From Albugo candida (lineage: Eukaryota), in NCBI GenBank assembly GCA_040437565.1, contig JBDOQK010000008.1, positions 186,001 to 250,000 of the forward strand: a stretch of DNA of 64,000 nt, given 5' to 3'. The position numbers were made by a program, and so were the translations under genes. The notes below the pieces were generated by a model, which searched no databases, was not told where the DNA came from, and saw nothing but the letters and a program-made list of their open reading frames with translations. Below, one piece after another: positions 24,602 through 36,980 of the stretch. The first letter of the stretch is position 1. Every line of letters starts with the position of its first letter.

Positions 24602-26507
24602 ATGAAGATCTTGATAGTCAATGCATATCCAAGCAGTAGCAAACGTGGACAAGAAGCTTTTCGAGCATTCCGACAGAATGTGGTCACCATGCTTCGAGAT
24701 GAAATAACACATTATGATGTGACATCATTCGAGATAATTGTATGTGGATGTCTAACTGATTCGAAAATCCAGACTGATCTCGTTCATCGCGCTGTTAGGA
24801 AAAGAGTAGGCAGGAACTGAGCGAATATCTGTTCGAATTGGGTACTGAACATTCAAATGATCCAGAAAGCATGACTCGTTTCGACCGATTAGATTTTATT
24901 TTCATTGATGGCGAAATGTCCTCATTTCTTCCGTGGGCGCCTATCAACAGGAAGGTCGCTTTATTGACGAAAATGTGCATGCTGACAGGAAAATGCTGGT
25001 ATGGCACGAGAGTTGGGGCTGCCTTGCTTTCTTATCTTTCTTCAACAGCCGGAGAGCTTTTGGATGTAGTGAATCATGATGGTAAAGAACGTATGCTCAA
25101 AGATACTTATCCTCATGCTTCAAGGGTGAAGGAGTCGCACCTACTGGAGCCGAGTCATCCGACGAAGGTCTACTTGGATACTAAAACAGGTGATTTCTAT
25201 ACTTTCGATCGTGTAAAATCATCATGGTCTACAAGAGGAAATACAGGTCTCATATGTCATCGCCGCGTTGCTCAGTCAGTTTTACACACTGCAGCTTATA
25301 AATACTCACCAAATCAAGCATTTCGGCTGGGGAAGTCTACTTACTGCTCAAAAAATGGCGATTTACGGGCATTTCTGCGTACAAATCACCTACAGCATCG
25401 TCTTTTTCGTCCAAGAGGGGTCACCAAAATGTCGAGTGAATTTGTGGTAAATTGTATTAGCAAGTTTGACCTCGATGATCGCATCAATAACACAGGCAGC
25501 AATAAGTATCAGGTGCTGATAGACAGCATACGTGGCCCTTTGCTGGTTGAATTTGGAAATTGTGTTGGGAGTCATTTCCAAATGGCGCACGAGTACCCAG
25601 AATCTTTACATATTGTCAGGAACTTTATCGGTCAAAAAGTCCGAGATTTGGTGATACATAACTATCTCGACCAAAGCTTTTCTACTACTCTCAGTAAATC
25701 GCTAGTTTTCTATCCAACGCATTCGTGCCAGCTGAGCTGCACGAATCGAGGTGCTGAAGTCCGCAATAAGGTTGCAAAGCCTTACATCGCAGTTGCTTCA
25801 AGGAAGTCCGAGTTGCATCTGTCACCCCGGCGGCCTTCCAGAAATCGCCTCATGAATTCACAATCACTAACTGAATACACGAGAAGCGTCTCGTACTCAT
25901 CCAAGCACGTAACGGAATTATCATCAGCATCTCTCCCCAGGAATCGATCAGGAAAGCGGGATAAAGAATTCCGTGAAGCTAACAGAACCGATCTCTTTGT
26001 TGCAAGCAGTACACCAGTCTTAGAAGCATTGGAAGGGTGGTGCACAGAGCCGAACGATGATCCTCCAATTGAAGTATCACAACCATGTCGTAAATACACT
26101 GAAAACAAACGAGTGAGTCAGAAATCTGTTACTATCCGATCGAATTTAGCACGGAAACAACGCAACGGATTACAGGAAGGAAAGCAACCGTATTATTCTA
26201 TTATCAACGATGCACCTTATATAAGCAGTGGTGAAAAGGAACTTTTAGAAAGGCAGAAAAACAAGCTAAAATGGATCGGAGGCCCATTCCGCGTCGCTAT
26301 CGGAAGCAAGAAGCTGGATCCTCAGCCGAGCATATNNNNNNNNNNNNNNNNNNNNNNNNNNNNNNNNNNNNNNNNNNNNNNNNNNNNNNNNNNNNNNNNN
26401 NNNNNNNNNNNNNNNNNNNNNNNNNNNNNNNNNNNTTTTCATCTGAAGATTTTTGTGGCGCTAGTCCTGAAGCATTTCAAGCTCCTTACAACTCTGATAA
26501 TTCATAA
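24602..26507 (+). CDS. Hypothetical protein with class I glutamine amidotransferase-like N-terminal fold and low-complexity C-terminus; 3' end crosses a gap
   Basis: MKILIVNAY...|...LDFIFIDG..LPW...GKCWYGTRVGAALL. Long ORF 24838-26335; the probable terminus after the gap is FSSEDF...DNS*. Confidence 0.6.
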
Positions 26508-26578
26508 AAATGTAGGAAGAATCGCTCCGCTATCTTCACCTCATCGTGTTTACTAATTTCTTTTTTATAGAATAAATC

Positions 26579-26914
26579 ATGAGTACACGCGTACAAAAGC
26601 CGATGACGCAACCCATCAATTTGATGTTTCGCTTTTTACAAAATGTATGAGGGCTTTGTAAGTGATGTCACCTTACGTTAATTATAAACCTGCGCGATTT
26701 GTAGAAAGCTCGGGTTCAGATTTGGCTCTATGAGCAAACGCAAATGAGGATAGAAGGACGCATTATGGGATTTGACGAGTATATGAATATAGTACTCGAC
26801 GAAGCTGAAGAAGTCGATGTGAAGAAGGTCAAGCGTGCTCCGTTAGGTCGTATTTTGCTCAAAGGAGATACCATTACTTTAATGATGAGTATCGATGGTT
26901 CTACCCGAGCCTAG
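26579..26914 (+). CDS. SNRPE: Small nuclear ribonucleoprotein Sm E; intron 26645-26704; absent from the ORF track
   Basis: [59 protein letters not shown]...[14 protein letters not shown]. Confidence 0.96.
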
Positions 26915-27068
26915 AAATTTTCTATTTTGATTCGAAGTATCTCTTCTTACTCAAACCGCGCACAAATGAAACAGTTGACGCTTGATGAGCATAGAGGAAA
27001 CAGTAGAAAAACGAAAGAAAATCAAATATTGTGGATTGTGTGTTGACAACTCAATCTATCTGTTCAAC

Positions 27069-28178
27069 TCATCCGGAAGCTGCAACAACCATGCTTATCC
27101 CAAAGATTGAGCACAGCAGTACCAACGAGTAGGATACTCCATTGCGGATGGAATGAGAAACACAATCAGAACAAGTGCTTGTTGTACAAAGGCTGCATTC
27201 GGGAGAACATACCGGGCAGTAACAAACTGCCGTTCCGTTCTCTCCAACCTGGCAATTTCCTTTTCCGCAGTTTTTCTTTGTGCAAGAATCTTCGGCAGAT
27301 CCGCACGTGGGACCGCTGTAGCCTGGACCACAGGTGCAAGTCCCCGTTTCAACATCACATGGGTGATTGTTCTGACATCCCAAATCATTAGTACATTTTG
27401 TGCAGCGCACGTCAGCTGTGCCTTGCTTTCCCTTGTACATTTTCCCGTCGTATCCAGCCTTACACATACAAGATCCGCTGACACAATCACCACCAACACC
27501 GCAGTCTACGTCGCAAGCACCGGACAGCGTACGTTCACATTTTGAACCATCAAATCCAGCTGAGCATGAACAGACACGGGAACTGATGTTACTTGATGTC
27601 TTATATGTGCAGGTGCCATGGTAGCTGCACACATTGGTGGGCCCTGCCAATTGACCACACTTGGCTGACTCGCAATCGGAGGGATTATATGCTTGATTTG
27701 CACAATCGGCTGCATCCACGCATTTGTAGATTCCTTTGACCGTTTTGTTTCCAATCAGAATCTCAGCGTACTTTTCATCATCGTTAGCATCTTCTTTTTG
27801 AATGATGGCGGGGGCTTGCGTCCCATTTTCGCTATCGTTCGATGCAAGCATACGATTCGAGCCTGAATCCTTTTCGAGTTTGATAGAATCGGCCACGAAA
27901 ACGCAGTGAGCATTCAAGTAACCAAGCTCCGGGCGCTGATATGATGGACATAATCCCGAGCGGTCTTGTCGACAAGCCGGGCGTGTTATTGTATTTGGTG
28001 TGCATTTCCGGATCACATCTCCATATTGCTCTACAGAAATACAGACCGTGCCCGGGAACTTTGAAGCGCAATAGGAGTCACTTGTACAGTAGTATTTGAA
28101 CTTGAGTGTTTCCTCCGAAGCACTTCCAGCAAAGTGACCCAGAAAGATGCTCAGACTAATCAATTGTGCTCTGCGCAT
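27069..28178 (-). CDS. Cys-rich secreted/cell-surface EGF-like repeat protein with C-terminal hydrophobic (GPI or TM) tail
   Basis: Signal peptide MRRAQLISLSIFLGHFAGSAS; EGF motifs CSCSAGFDGSKC, CMCKAGYDG and CTCGPGYSGPTC; terminal YSLVLLCSIFGISMVVAASG. Confidence 0.85.
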   Translation of the reverse strand: MRRAQLISLSIFLGHFAGSASEETLKFKYYCTSDSYCASKFPGTVCISVEQYGDVIRKCTPNTITRPACRQDRSGLCPSYQRPELGYLNAHCVFVADSIKLEKDSGSNRMLASNDSENGTQAPAIIQKEDANDDEKYAEILIGNKTVKGIYKCVDAADCANQAYNPSDCESAKCGQLAGPTNVCSYHGTCTYKTSSNISSRVCSCSAGFDGSKCERTLSGACDVDCGVGGDCVSGSCMCKAGYDGKMYKGKQGTADVRCTKCTNDLGCQNNHPCDVETGTCTCGPGYSGPTCGSAEDSCTKKNCGKGNCQVGENGTAVCYCPVCSPECSLCTTSTCSDCVSHSIRNGVSYSLVLLCSIFGISMVVAASG

Positions 28179-28433
28179 TCTAAAAAAGCTTGAATGATAG
28201 AGCGTCGAGAGTTGTGTGACTCGCCTCGGTCGTGACTGTACCCAACAGACGATGCATGTCATCAGTTGATAATGTGATATCACATCTTCTCGATCATAAA
28301 GAGAAGACTTCTCGCTACTCTTTTTGCGGAAACGAAAAGCTTTGATGTAATCGATTTGACGAAGACATTTCTTGTTAGGGACAATTACACCGGTACTCTT
28401 TTTTAGATTCGTTACCCTACGACGTCTACCGCA

Positions 28434-30326
28434 TCATGGGGCATTATTGGCGAGGTCTGAGATCGTCTCATAGGCTTTTTGTAACGCCGTTTTAAAAATG
28501 CTGGCATTTGTGACGGAACTCGTTTTGAAACTTGTGATTGCCACATGAAGGGCGTTCTCGTGTGTCAAATATCCAAGTCCATATCCGTCAGGGACGACAG
28601 CACCGAAAGTGAAAAACTGCAGAAATGGCATCGTTACGTTGCTGGAAGACAACTGAAAATCCTTACTGGCTGCAAGTTCCGCACCCTCCAGAAATTTGCT
28701 GGATATTCCTTTTTTATTCGCGATCGACGCCAAAGCTGTTAGGTGACGATCAACACCAAGACCTTTTTGTGCTGATTTTGCTATCTCGACGTGGTTCTTG
28801 ACGGCTTTGACCAACATATCTCTCTGGCAATCTCTCGATGCATTTTCCTGGACAGCTTTGACAAAATCAGCAGCTGCAGGTGTTGCTGATCGTATGGTTT
28901 CTGTCCTCCCATGCAAAAATGTTCTTGTCGAACACGATTCGTATGTCGGAGGCACTTTGTGATATTGCTGGTAAAAAGCTAGCTGAAAACCCATCTGAGC
29001 AACTCCATCCGGGCTCATTTTCCATATTTTACAGTTTCTTTTGGAGACTGCTTCCGATTCCAAATATTCAGTGCTGACATTTGAAGCTAGCAAAGAAAAT
29101 TTATCTTCGGCCTCTTTGATTTGATCGATCAGACTAGCAGAAAGGTTCCATCGTAATTTATCAGGTTTGCTCAGTTTATCGATTTCATACTTTGGCAAGG
29201 CGATCAGTGGAGCGTATCCTGAGTCGCTGCCATTCATATCATGCCACACTTCATGAAGCCAGCGATTCCAGACCGTTCCATCTGAAAATGAATGCTCAAA
29301 ATTGATACCTAATTGGCCATCTGGTGCAGCGATTACTTGGAGCTTGTCAAACCATCGCCATTTTCCTTTTCCATGAAGCGACAATTCGGCAGATTCTTTT
29401 GTAGATGCTGCTTCTCTCGTTTCCAATACCAAAACAAACAAAGCAGTATCAATGTCGGATATTGATTTTGCATTTATTTCATCAAATTGAATCAATTCCG
29501 AGCGAACTTGAGACCACTTATCACGTTTCGCTGCTGTAAGGCTGCTTATATCGATATCCTGATCATGACATGAGTCTTTCATGATCGATTCGAGCTGCTT
29601 GAGAATCGCTTCCTTACGCAAAGCCTTTTTTTCATCAGGGCTCAGCACGTTTACTCTGTACATAGAATTTTCTTTTATGACGATGATATGTGCAGAGCGT
29701 GGGTGTGAGACCAATTTATCACAAGTCGAACCCGGGATTTTTGCTGTACCCAGTTGCTTCGCGTAAAATGACATGCACTGGTTTGGATCTTGCTCAAGTT
29801 TGCTTCGTTTCACCTTATCCCACCATTTTACTAGCGACTCAGTAATATGCGCGGCTCGTGTCATGCCACATCGCTCGCTGGATCCATTCCCATTCCGAAG
29901 ACCATACGCAGGGTTGACATTTACCGGAGACTCATAACGACCACAAAGATACATTTTGTCCCAGACTTCTTCAATATAGCTGAATGGATACGACTGGCTT
30001 CGAGTTTGAATAAAATGCTCTTGCAACAAGATATCTTGCAATTGGCGTCCTTCACCGAGTTCAAAGTGCTTTACGACTTCTCTGTGCTTTACTAATGCTT
30101 TTTTGTCCATAAATGGTGCCACACCTTCCAAGTAGCGAGTCAACGTTTCAGTCAACACTGGCACAGGTAATCGCGGAAGATTGAATTCGTTTGTTGTGGT
30201 CATCCTCTTGTACCAATGGGGCAGAGCAATACATTTTGTATCATTGCAGAGACCACGCGTGAAGTGATGATTCTCAAATCGTCGTATCGGGAATCGGATA
30301 CTTTTTGTAACAGCCGTCCAAAGCAT
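28434..30326 (-). CDS. Choline/carnitine O-acyltransferase, likely mitochondrial
   Basis: LPRLPVP.L..TL..YL, RWFDKLQ, catalytic EHSFSDG, YESCSTRTFLHGRTETIR, GVDRHL and VVPDGYGLGY; Arg-rich N-terminal presequence. Confidence 0.93.
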   Translation of the reverse strand: MLWTAVTKSIRFPIRRFENHHFTRGLCNDTKCIALPHWYKRMTTTNEFNLPRLPVPVLTETLTRYLEGVAPFMDKKALVKHREVVKHFELGEGRQLQDILLQEHFIQTRSQSYPFSYIEEVWDKMYLCGRYESPVNVNPAYGLRNGNGSSERCGMTRAAHITESLVKWWDKVKRSKLEQDPNQCMSFYAKQLGTAKIPGSTCDKLVSHPRSAHIIVIKENSMYRVNVLSPDEKKALRKEAILKQLESIMKDSCHDQDIDISSLTAAKRDKWSQVRSELIQFDEINAKSISDIDTALFVLVLETREAASTKESAELSLHGKGKWRWFDKLQVIAAPDGQLGINFEHSFSDGTVWNRWLHEVWHDMNGSDSGYAPLIALPKYEIDKLSKPDKLRWNLSASLIDQIKEAEDKFSLLASNVSTEYLESEAVSKRNCKIWKMSPDGVAQMGFQLAFYQQYHKVPPTYESCSTRTFLHGRTETIRSATPAAADFVKAVQENASRDCQRDMLVKAVKNHVEIAKSAQKGLGVDRHLTALASIANKKGISSKFLEGAELAASKDFQLSSSNVTMPFLQFFTFGAVVPDGYGLGYLTHENALHVAITSFKTSSVTNASIFKTALQKAYETISDLANNAP

Positions 30327-30663
30327 ATCTAATCTGGAGGTATGCTTGCTGATTGAGCAAAATTAGCTTTGGAATATTGCTTAATTGTTGCGAGATTTCG
30401 TCTCACGGCCCGCGATCAAGTAAGACAAATAATTAGTCCGTCTATGCACCCCAGCAGCCAGTAAGCTACTTTGAACGCTGCCCGCGTCTCAAATGTTTGT
30501 GCACTGTAGAAATGTTAAACACAGTGGTAAGCGGAACCTTGGATCGCAAAACACTGTGGGTGCACTAAGGATGCTTTGTTTTAGTTCAGAGATCGACTAG
30601 AAAATTGGATTTAAAGTACTTATTGAATATAAAGCTGCAAGGCTCTCATATGTCTGCTTGTAA

Positions 30664-31767
30664 CTAAATCAGCTTCGCCTTGACCATATGTTCCTTTAGT
30701 AACTCGGTTGTCTCCGCGCTACAAGCCGTCAATGGAGCCCGAACTGCTGCTGAGCATTTACCCATCATCTCGAGTGCTTGTTTGACAGGTTGTGGGTTTG
30801 GTTCCATGAAAAGAGTTTTCACAAAGTAGACCTTGGCAACACTGTGAGGTAAACCCAGCAATTTTTTAAAAAAGACACTTACATTTTCGAGATGAGCTTT
30901 ACGTGCACTTTCATAGTCGCCCTTGATGACATTGTTTGTGATTGCCAAGACCTTGGAGGGTGCTGCATTACACGATTATCAGAAATGACTCAAGCAGATA
31001 TCAAAGGCGAGTGTCACGAACGTACCACAATTGGAGAAAACACTGATAACTCCCTTTGCACCGATCGCCATCAATGGAAGTGTCAGATTGTCGTCACCGG
31101 ATAATATGGGCAAATCACACAAAGCGGCAATTTCGGATGCCTAATTTGATGACGTTAACAACTCAATCCGACAGAATGAGAAAAGCCCGCTTACTTGGTC
31201 TAAAGAACCTGTAGCCTCTTTGATCGCAACAATGTTTGGTAATTTGGCCAATTCAGCGACAGTCTGAGGTGTCATATTGATTCCGGTACGACCAGGAATA
31301 TTGTAAAGCACCACTGGTAGACCGATATCTTGAATAGTCTTGAAGTGATTGTACAGACCCTTTTGGTTTGGCTTGTTATAATATGGACACACGACTAAAC
31401 ATGCATCTGCGCCAGCATCTTTAGCTGCTCTTGTCAATCGCACTGCTTCCACGGTACTATTGGATCCAGTGCCTGCAATGACTGGGACACGTTTATTTAC
31501 ATATTTTACAACTGTTGCTATTACTTTATCGTGCTCATCATGTGCTACGGTCGGGCATTCACCGGTCGTTCCCATCTACACATTTTTTTCAATAAGCGGT
31601 GCGAAAGTCATTCTTTACTACAGCGTGAAGCCTACCGGAACCAATCCATTTACTCCTTCCTGTATTTGCCATTCCACAAGTTCTCTGAGTTTTTCATAAT
31701 CCACTTGACTTCCGTCCGGTGTGAATGGCGTAACTAAGGCCGTAATCGTTCCATATAAATGCAGCAT
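30664..31767 (-). CDS. dapA: 4-hydroxy-tetrahydrodipicolinate synthase (DHDPS), multi-exon
   Basis: [37 protein letters not shown], Schiff-base IKEATG, LSGDD and EPNPQPVK. Confidence 0.96.
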
Positions 31768-31912
31768 TGTTGATTGTAAATGACTGGTTGATGTCAGTTA
31801 GTGTGTAATTACTGATAAACAGCTCGATGCGCCTTATAACAAATAATAGCGCTTTAAAATTCAAAAAAGGCGCTTTTTTGCATGTCAAATTTGAAGCTAA
31901 TCAGCGGCGCAA

Positions 31913-33978
31913 ATGGAATCTAGACATTTTGATGACAATAAGAATACCGATTTTGAGTGGGAAAATTCAAAGGAAAATGTGATTCCATTACAAAGGGGTC
32001 GTAATGTTAGTGAGTTAAATGAAGAGCTGAGTAAACAACAATGTCACCGCATCAGCAACCAAGCTGAATTGCTCAGACAGTCGCAAGACTGGGAGGTCAA
32101 GATCGAAAATTATCGAGGCGATGACCCACTTAGTCTCTGGATGAGCTATATTCGATGGATTGAAAGTAAAATGCCCAATGACACGCGCAAAAAACTTACA
32201 GTTCTAGAACAATGCACTCGAAGTTTAAAAAATGATCCCCAATATCATGATAGTTCAAGATATCTTACGATCTGGATTCAATATGTACATTCACACTGAT
32301 ATTTGTTTGATGTCGCTCTATTATTCATCCCGTTTCCATGCTACACAGGCGAACTTGGTATCCAATCCAAAAGATATTTTCAAGTATCTTTATCAGAATA
32401 AAATTGGGCAGCATGTCGCATTATTCTACGTCGGGTGGGCCCTCGTGCTCGAGCGTCTCGGCAATCATGCTCAAGCTCATAAAATCTATCTGAAAGCAGT
32501 ACAAAAGTAAGTAGCTATATTACTAAAGTTTCAGCTGTACTTGATGCTTCTTATGTTGTAGAAAAGCACAGCCTTCCCAAATGCTTGATCAAAAGTTCCA
32601 AGACTTTCAGAGAAGAATGAGTCGTCACTGGCTTCGGATGAACGAAACGGGGCAGACACAGGATAGTGAGACTGATTTGGCTAACGAGAGAGGAGTCCTG
32701 GAAAATTTGCACACATTTAGAAGTCTCGATCAAAATGTCTCAATATCACGCTCAAATTCATCACAGCACGCTAGAAATAGTACAAACCCTGAAAATCCAG
32801 AATTTCTTGTCCACGAAGACTCCATTGAAGTTACACCCGAACTCACAGAAGAAAGTGATGTTAAGTGGAAGGAGCTTGGGACCGTAAAAGAGCAGGATAA
32901 AGAAAACGTGATAACACCCACGGTATGGAATCAATCTGGACTGGACAATGGTCCAGAATTCCAAGCTTCTGAGCTGAGAGCACCTCGAGTTCCGCCTACA
33001 GGGGAAGCGTTGAAGGTATATATCGACGACGATATAGCTAAAGATAAGCCGGAAGTAAAGCATCCAAGCCGAAGAAAAAGAAGCCTTCATCAACGTGATG
33101 ATCTCAACCCTACTGAGGAAGAAATGCTTCTCAAAAGACCTCTTAAAAATTTCGACCGTCCTAGTGAACCACAAAAAAATATTGAAGCAGATAGGCAGCG
33201 TTCTATACAGGAATTGAAAACAGCTCGAAATATTCCGACCGAGCGCCCGGCCTATGACTCTCAATCGCTCAAAACTGAAAGTGGAGCAATTTTGTGTTTC
33301 GAAGAAATTCGTGCGCGAAATCTGCGCGGAAAACCCTGTCCAAAGTACGAAGCCCAAAAGTCTTTAAAACAAAGATACACGACTGCAGCATGCGCAAACG
33401 ATAATCGCGGGGAGATGGCTGTAGTAAACACGTTTTTGCGACCAAAGCCGTTGGGCATTAGTAATGTCAGCGACACAAAGCTTGGAGCACGGAAGACTGA
33501 GGACGCTCTGGATCGCAAATCCTGGCAATCAAAACCAATACTTACAGATGATACCGCGGAAGATGTGACGATCAATACCAGAGTGGCAATGGCTGACGTC
33601 AATGAAATGTTTTGTAGCCCAAAAGTAATGTGTGATGAGGTCGCATCCATCAACTTTCAAAAAAAAACGTGGGAAGTAAGTCGTACGGAGCCGGTCGAGC
33701 GAAAACTTCAGTTCAGTGTTTATGAGGACTCTTCGGATAACAACGGAGCAAAAGCGGAGACCGAATTTCAGCAAGCACAAATACACCATTCCTCTCAATC
33801 TGCATTCGAAAAGGCAGGTGTGAATGCGAGAAGCAAATTAAAGAAGGCCCGAAAACCTTTGGCTTCGCGAGATGATATAGTGAAAAAGAGCCGTCTGACG
33901 AATCGTGATGTGATGCTGAAGCTGCAAGAGAAGACTATGGATGCTGACTCAAGCAGCAAAACTCGCAAGGAACAATAG
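31913..33978 (+). CDS. Spindle checkpoint Mad3/BubR1-type protein without kinase domain (3 exons)
   Basis: KEN1 WENSKENVIPLQRGR, TPR domain (GDDPL..W..YIRW), second KEN, GLEBS-like FEEIRA and CD1-like TINTR.AM..VNEMF. Confidence 0.9.
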
Positions 33979-34213
33979 AAGCAAGTTCTTACTCGTTAAT
34001 ACAAAGTGTAATTTATCCTGAATGACCCGTTGTACTCGTGCCTGAGCTTCCATCACGTCAAATAGCAAGCCAAGCCGATTGTATATCGTAACAGATAAGC
34101 TGGGCTTGCAAAAACTCTCGCATCTGGTCGGTCTAAAAGACATCATTGTCGGAAGACAAAGACGTATTTTTAATTATAAGCTCAGCGAATCGGTCTTTAT
34201 TGCTGCTTGAGGC

Positions 34214-36097
34214 CTATTGATTCTGTCCACTTCCTGTGGGATGCTGCGAATACTGTGCAGGGTCCATAACAGGAATGGGTGCAGCCTGAGCAGCAAGCCC
34301 ACCATACGATGTATATTGATACTCTGCAGCTACAGCTGGAGTGCCAGTCCAGCCAGCATAATAGTATCCAGGCCATTGTTGTGCATTCCAGCTTTGCATT
34401 AGAGAATAATCGTGCATCATTGTCGAGGCAACAGGAGGTGGGAAGGCTGTAGCTGGTGTAGAGCCAGGAGGAGGAAAAGCTGTGGCTGGTGTCGAACCAG
34501 GAGCTGGAAACGCTGCTGGGGCAGCGTTCATTGCAGAAGCTGCTGTAGATTCTGTGCCTGGAGGTGCTGAAATCGTACCGGGAGCTCCAGAAGTTTGTTT
34601 CGTCATCCAAGATTGTGCATTGCTTGCCGACTTGACGGGCTGTAGCCATGGAGCCGTCTCAACAGTCTTATCGGCGCTGGAAATAACAGATTTTTCTCCT
34701 AATTGTCTCATGAACGACATGTATTCTTTGTCGATGGCTGCTGCCTCGTCAGCTGTTTTTTTCTTCTGTGTGCAATCTCGTGTAGGATGTGACGCATCCC
34801 CACAAATTGCACATTTGACAGACACCGGCTTAAACGTTTCTATGTAGCAAATAAGGTCAGTACTTCATAACATAACAAACGAAAAGAAGTCTCGCTTACG
34901 CTCTCGATTTGGACATTCCCATTGCCGATGTCCTTTTTCTCCACAAATGTGACAAAAATCGTCGTCTCGAAGCGTCCCATTGATCAGTGCAAGCTCACGC
35001 AGTTGTTTCTGTTTGTGAGAGTTCTTCGTATCGTCGACTGGCACCAATAGAGACTGAATTTCCCGAGCTGCGCGATCCAACTCATCATCTCGATCTCCAG
35101 TAATCAGTACATGCAAATCATCGTTGTCATCTGCGTTAAGCTTTTTGCCTTTACTTCCCTCTTTAATCGATCCACGACCACGGATAGCAATTTTGCAATT
35201 GGTTTCTCTTTCCATACGCTTCTGAGTGTTCCCTCGAGGCCCAATGATGAGCCCTATAAAATTGTAATTCGGGAATTGTTTGATAGGAATATAAATCTTC
35301 CGATTGAGCTTCTGACGCATATAATCTGCTGGAGGTTTAAATAAAGGATTGATTCTCACAAGCTCTTCGACAACTACTTGACGAGCTCGTTCTAAAGATT
35401 CTCGCATGCGAACCTCACGCGTGTTGACACGTTTCCCATTAGAGTCATATTGTGGTGGTGGCGAAGGTGAACGATTTGGATCCTTTTCTAATATAACAGC
35501 ATCGATGGCAACTGTGGTGAGCTTTTGATTAATCAAGTCCAATTTTGCACGCAACTTAAGTGTCTCGTGTGCGTTGTTGTTGAGTGCAGCAAGACCTAGA
35601 TTGACTCCAGTCGGAGCCCAACGCGACTTCTTGCGCTTCGACTCCTCACCAGCGGTTCCAGATTCATCGATAGGATCGCCCCATCGACTCTTCCTCCTTC
35701 TTTTACTGGTTTCTTGCGTACCACCTGTGTTATTCTCCTTATCTTCAGTGTTGACTTCTGAAGGTCGAGAATCACCGCCTTCTGTGACTTTCAAATACGC
35801 TTTCAAAACATCTCGATATTGTTTCCAATCCTTCAGTTCTTGCCAGAATACTGGGTAGTCTCCATATTTTTCGACCAGATCCGGATTTTCACGAAACCAT
35901 TGTTTCAGGGAAGGATGATACGCTTTCATCATAACTTCCCGCTCTTTCGCCTCTTCATCGTCGATAGCATCGTTCTGCGTATTTGATTGCAATTCATCTT
36001 TTTCCACGATACCACTATCTTTCTTGTCAGCAGCGCTTTTCTCTTTTCCGTCTACAAACGCCATGAAAGCATCGAAACCACTATTTTCGTCCGCCAT
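34214..36097 (-). CDS. SF1: Splicing factor 1 / branchpoint-bridging protein
   Basis: [24 protein letters not shown]2 ([18 protein letters not shown]...[13 protein letters not shown]) and two CCHC knuckles. Confidence 0.96.
34433..34516 (-). repeat. Coding tandem repeat, ~2.5 x 33 nt ([11 protein letters not shown]), in the SF1 Pro-rich tail
   Basis: [27 protein letters not shown] in the translation. Confidence 0.8.
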
Positions 36098-36907
36098 TGC
36101 TTTCGGCTGCTTGCAAAGCACAATGTCGAGCAAAATTTGGAAAAGGATCAGAGGATTGGATAAAACACAGCCAGTAAAAGCATCCATAAATTACATAATT
36201 GTGCAGATCCATATGGAAGCTTGAAGTCCTTTGAATGCTCAATCACCAAAAGAAATGGCACACATTGATGCAAGGCGCACAAAAGAACTATAAAATCACA
36301 TTATAATGATATACTTGATCCTTAATCTATGCGCTCTCTATAAAATCGTAGCTAGATCTTTTTTTAAACGAGTGAATTCAACTAACAGTGTCAGAGAGAA
36401 TCTCATCTCATGGCCAATTGAGCACGGGAAGAATTCGCAAAAGTATCATACGGTATGCTGCCATAATTTGGTTTAGAGCTTGACTGCATCAAAGTGCTTT
36501 CAAAAACGGATGGGAGCCGAATTGGACTGACCTCGCGGAAATTCAATGATTATGGAGGGCCATAATTGCTGTATCCATTGAAATCGCTCATAGAACGTAT
36601 AAAGATGGAGAAGATGCAGCACATGGTAGAAGTCTGATCGAAAGCGGCATGGTTTACGCCTCAGCTTGCATTCGTCGCAGTCCCAGCTGGGCCGAATCAT
36701 CACATATACTTAAAAAAAAAGGACATCAAATGCCGATGATCGCTCAGACTACCAGCTTCCAGCAGTTGAACGGCTATTCGTCCTCGCATCCCTGTCTGCT
36801 GGGCTAAACACGCTAAAAATTCTCAACGTTAACTATCGGTTGAATCCGTTGGTGCCTATCCGTTGAAAAGTTTGATTAGCATGGCTCTCAGATGACTACG
36901 TTCCCAT

Positions 36908-36923
36908 TCATTGTTTAATTTTC
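36908..36923 (+). promoter_or_regulatory. Possible oomycete Inr+FPR core promoter
   Basis: TCATTgtttaATTTTC lies ~70 nt upstream of ATG 36981; its core has one mismatch to TCATTYBNNNWTTY. Confidence 0.4.
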
Positions 36924-36980
36924 ATCCTGAGTTGCTCACCACGTATCAAGAAATCAACTTCAGACTTCTACGAAGGCTGT

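Noticed and set aside
30664..31767. dapA as bacterial contamination or recent transfer
   Set aside because: It has spliceosomal introns and eukaryotic neighbours, and DAP-pathway lysine synthesis is normal for oomycetes.
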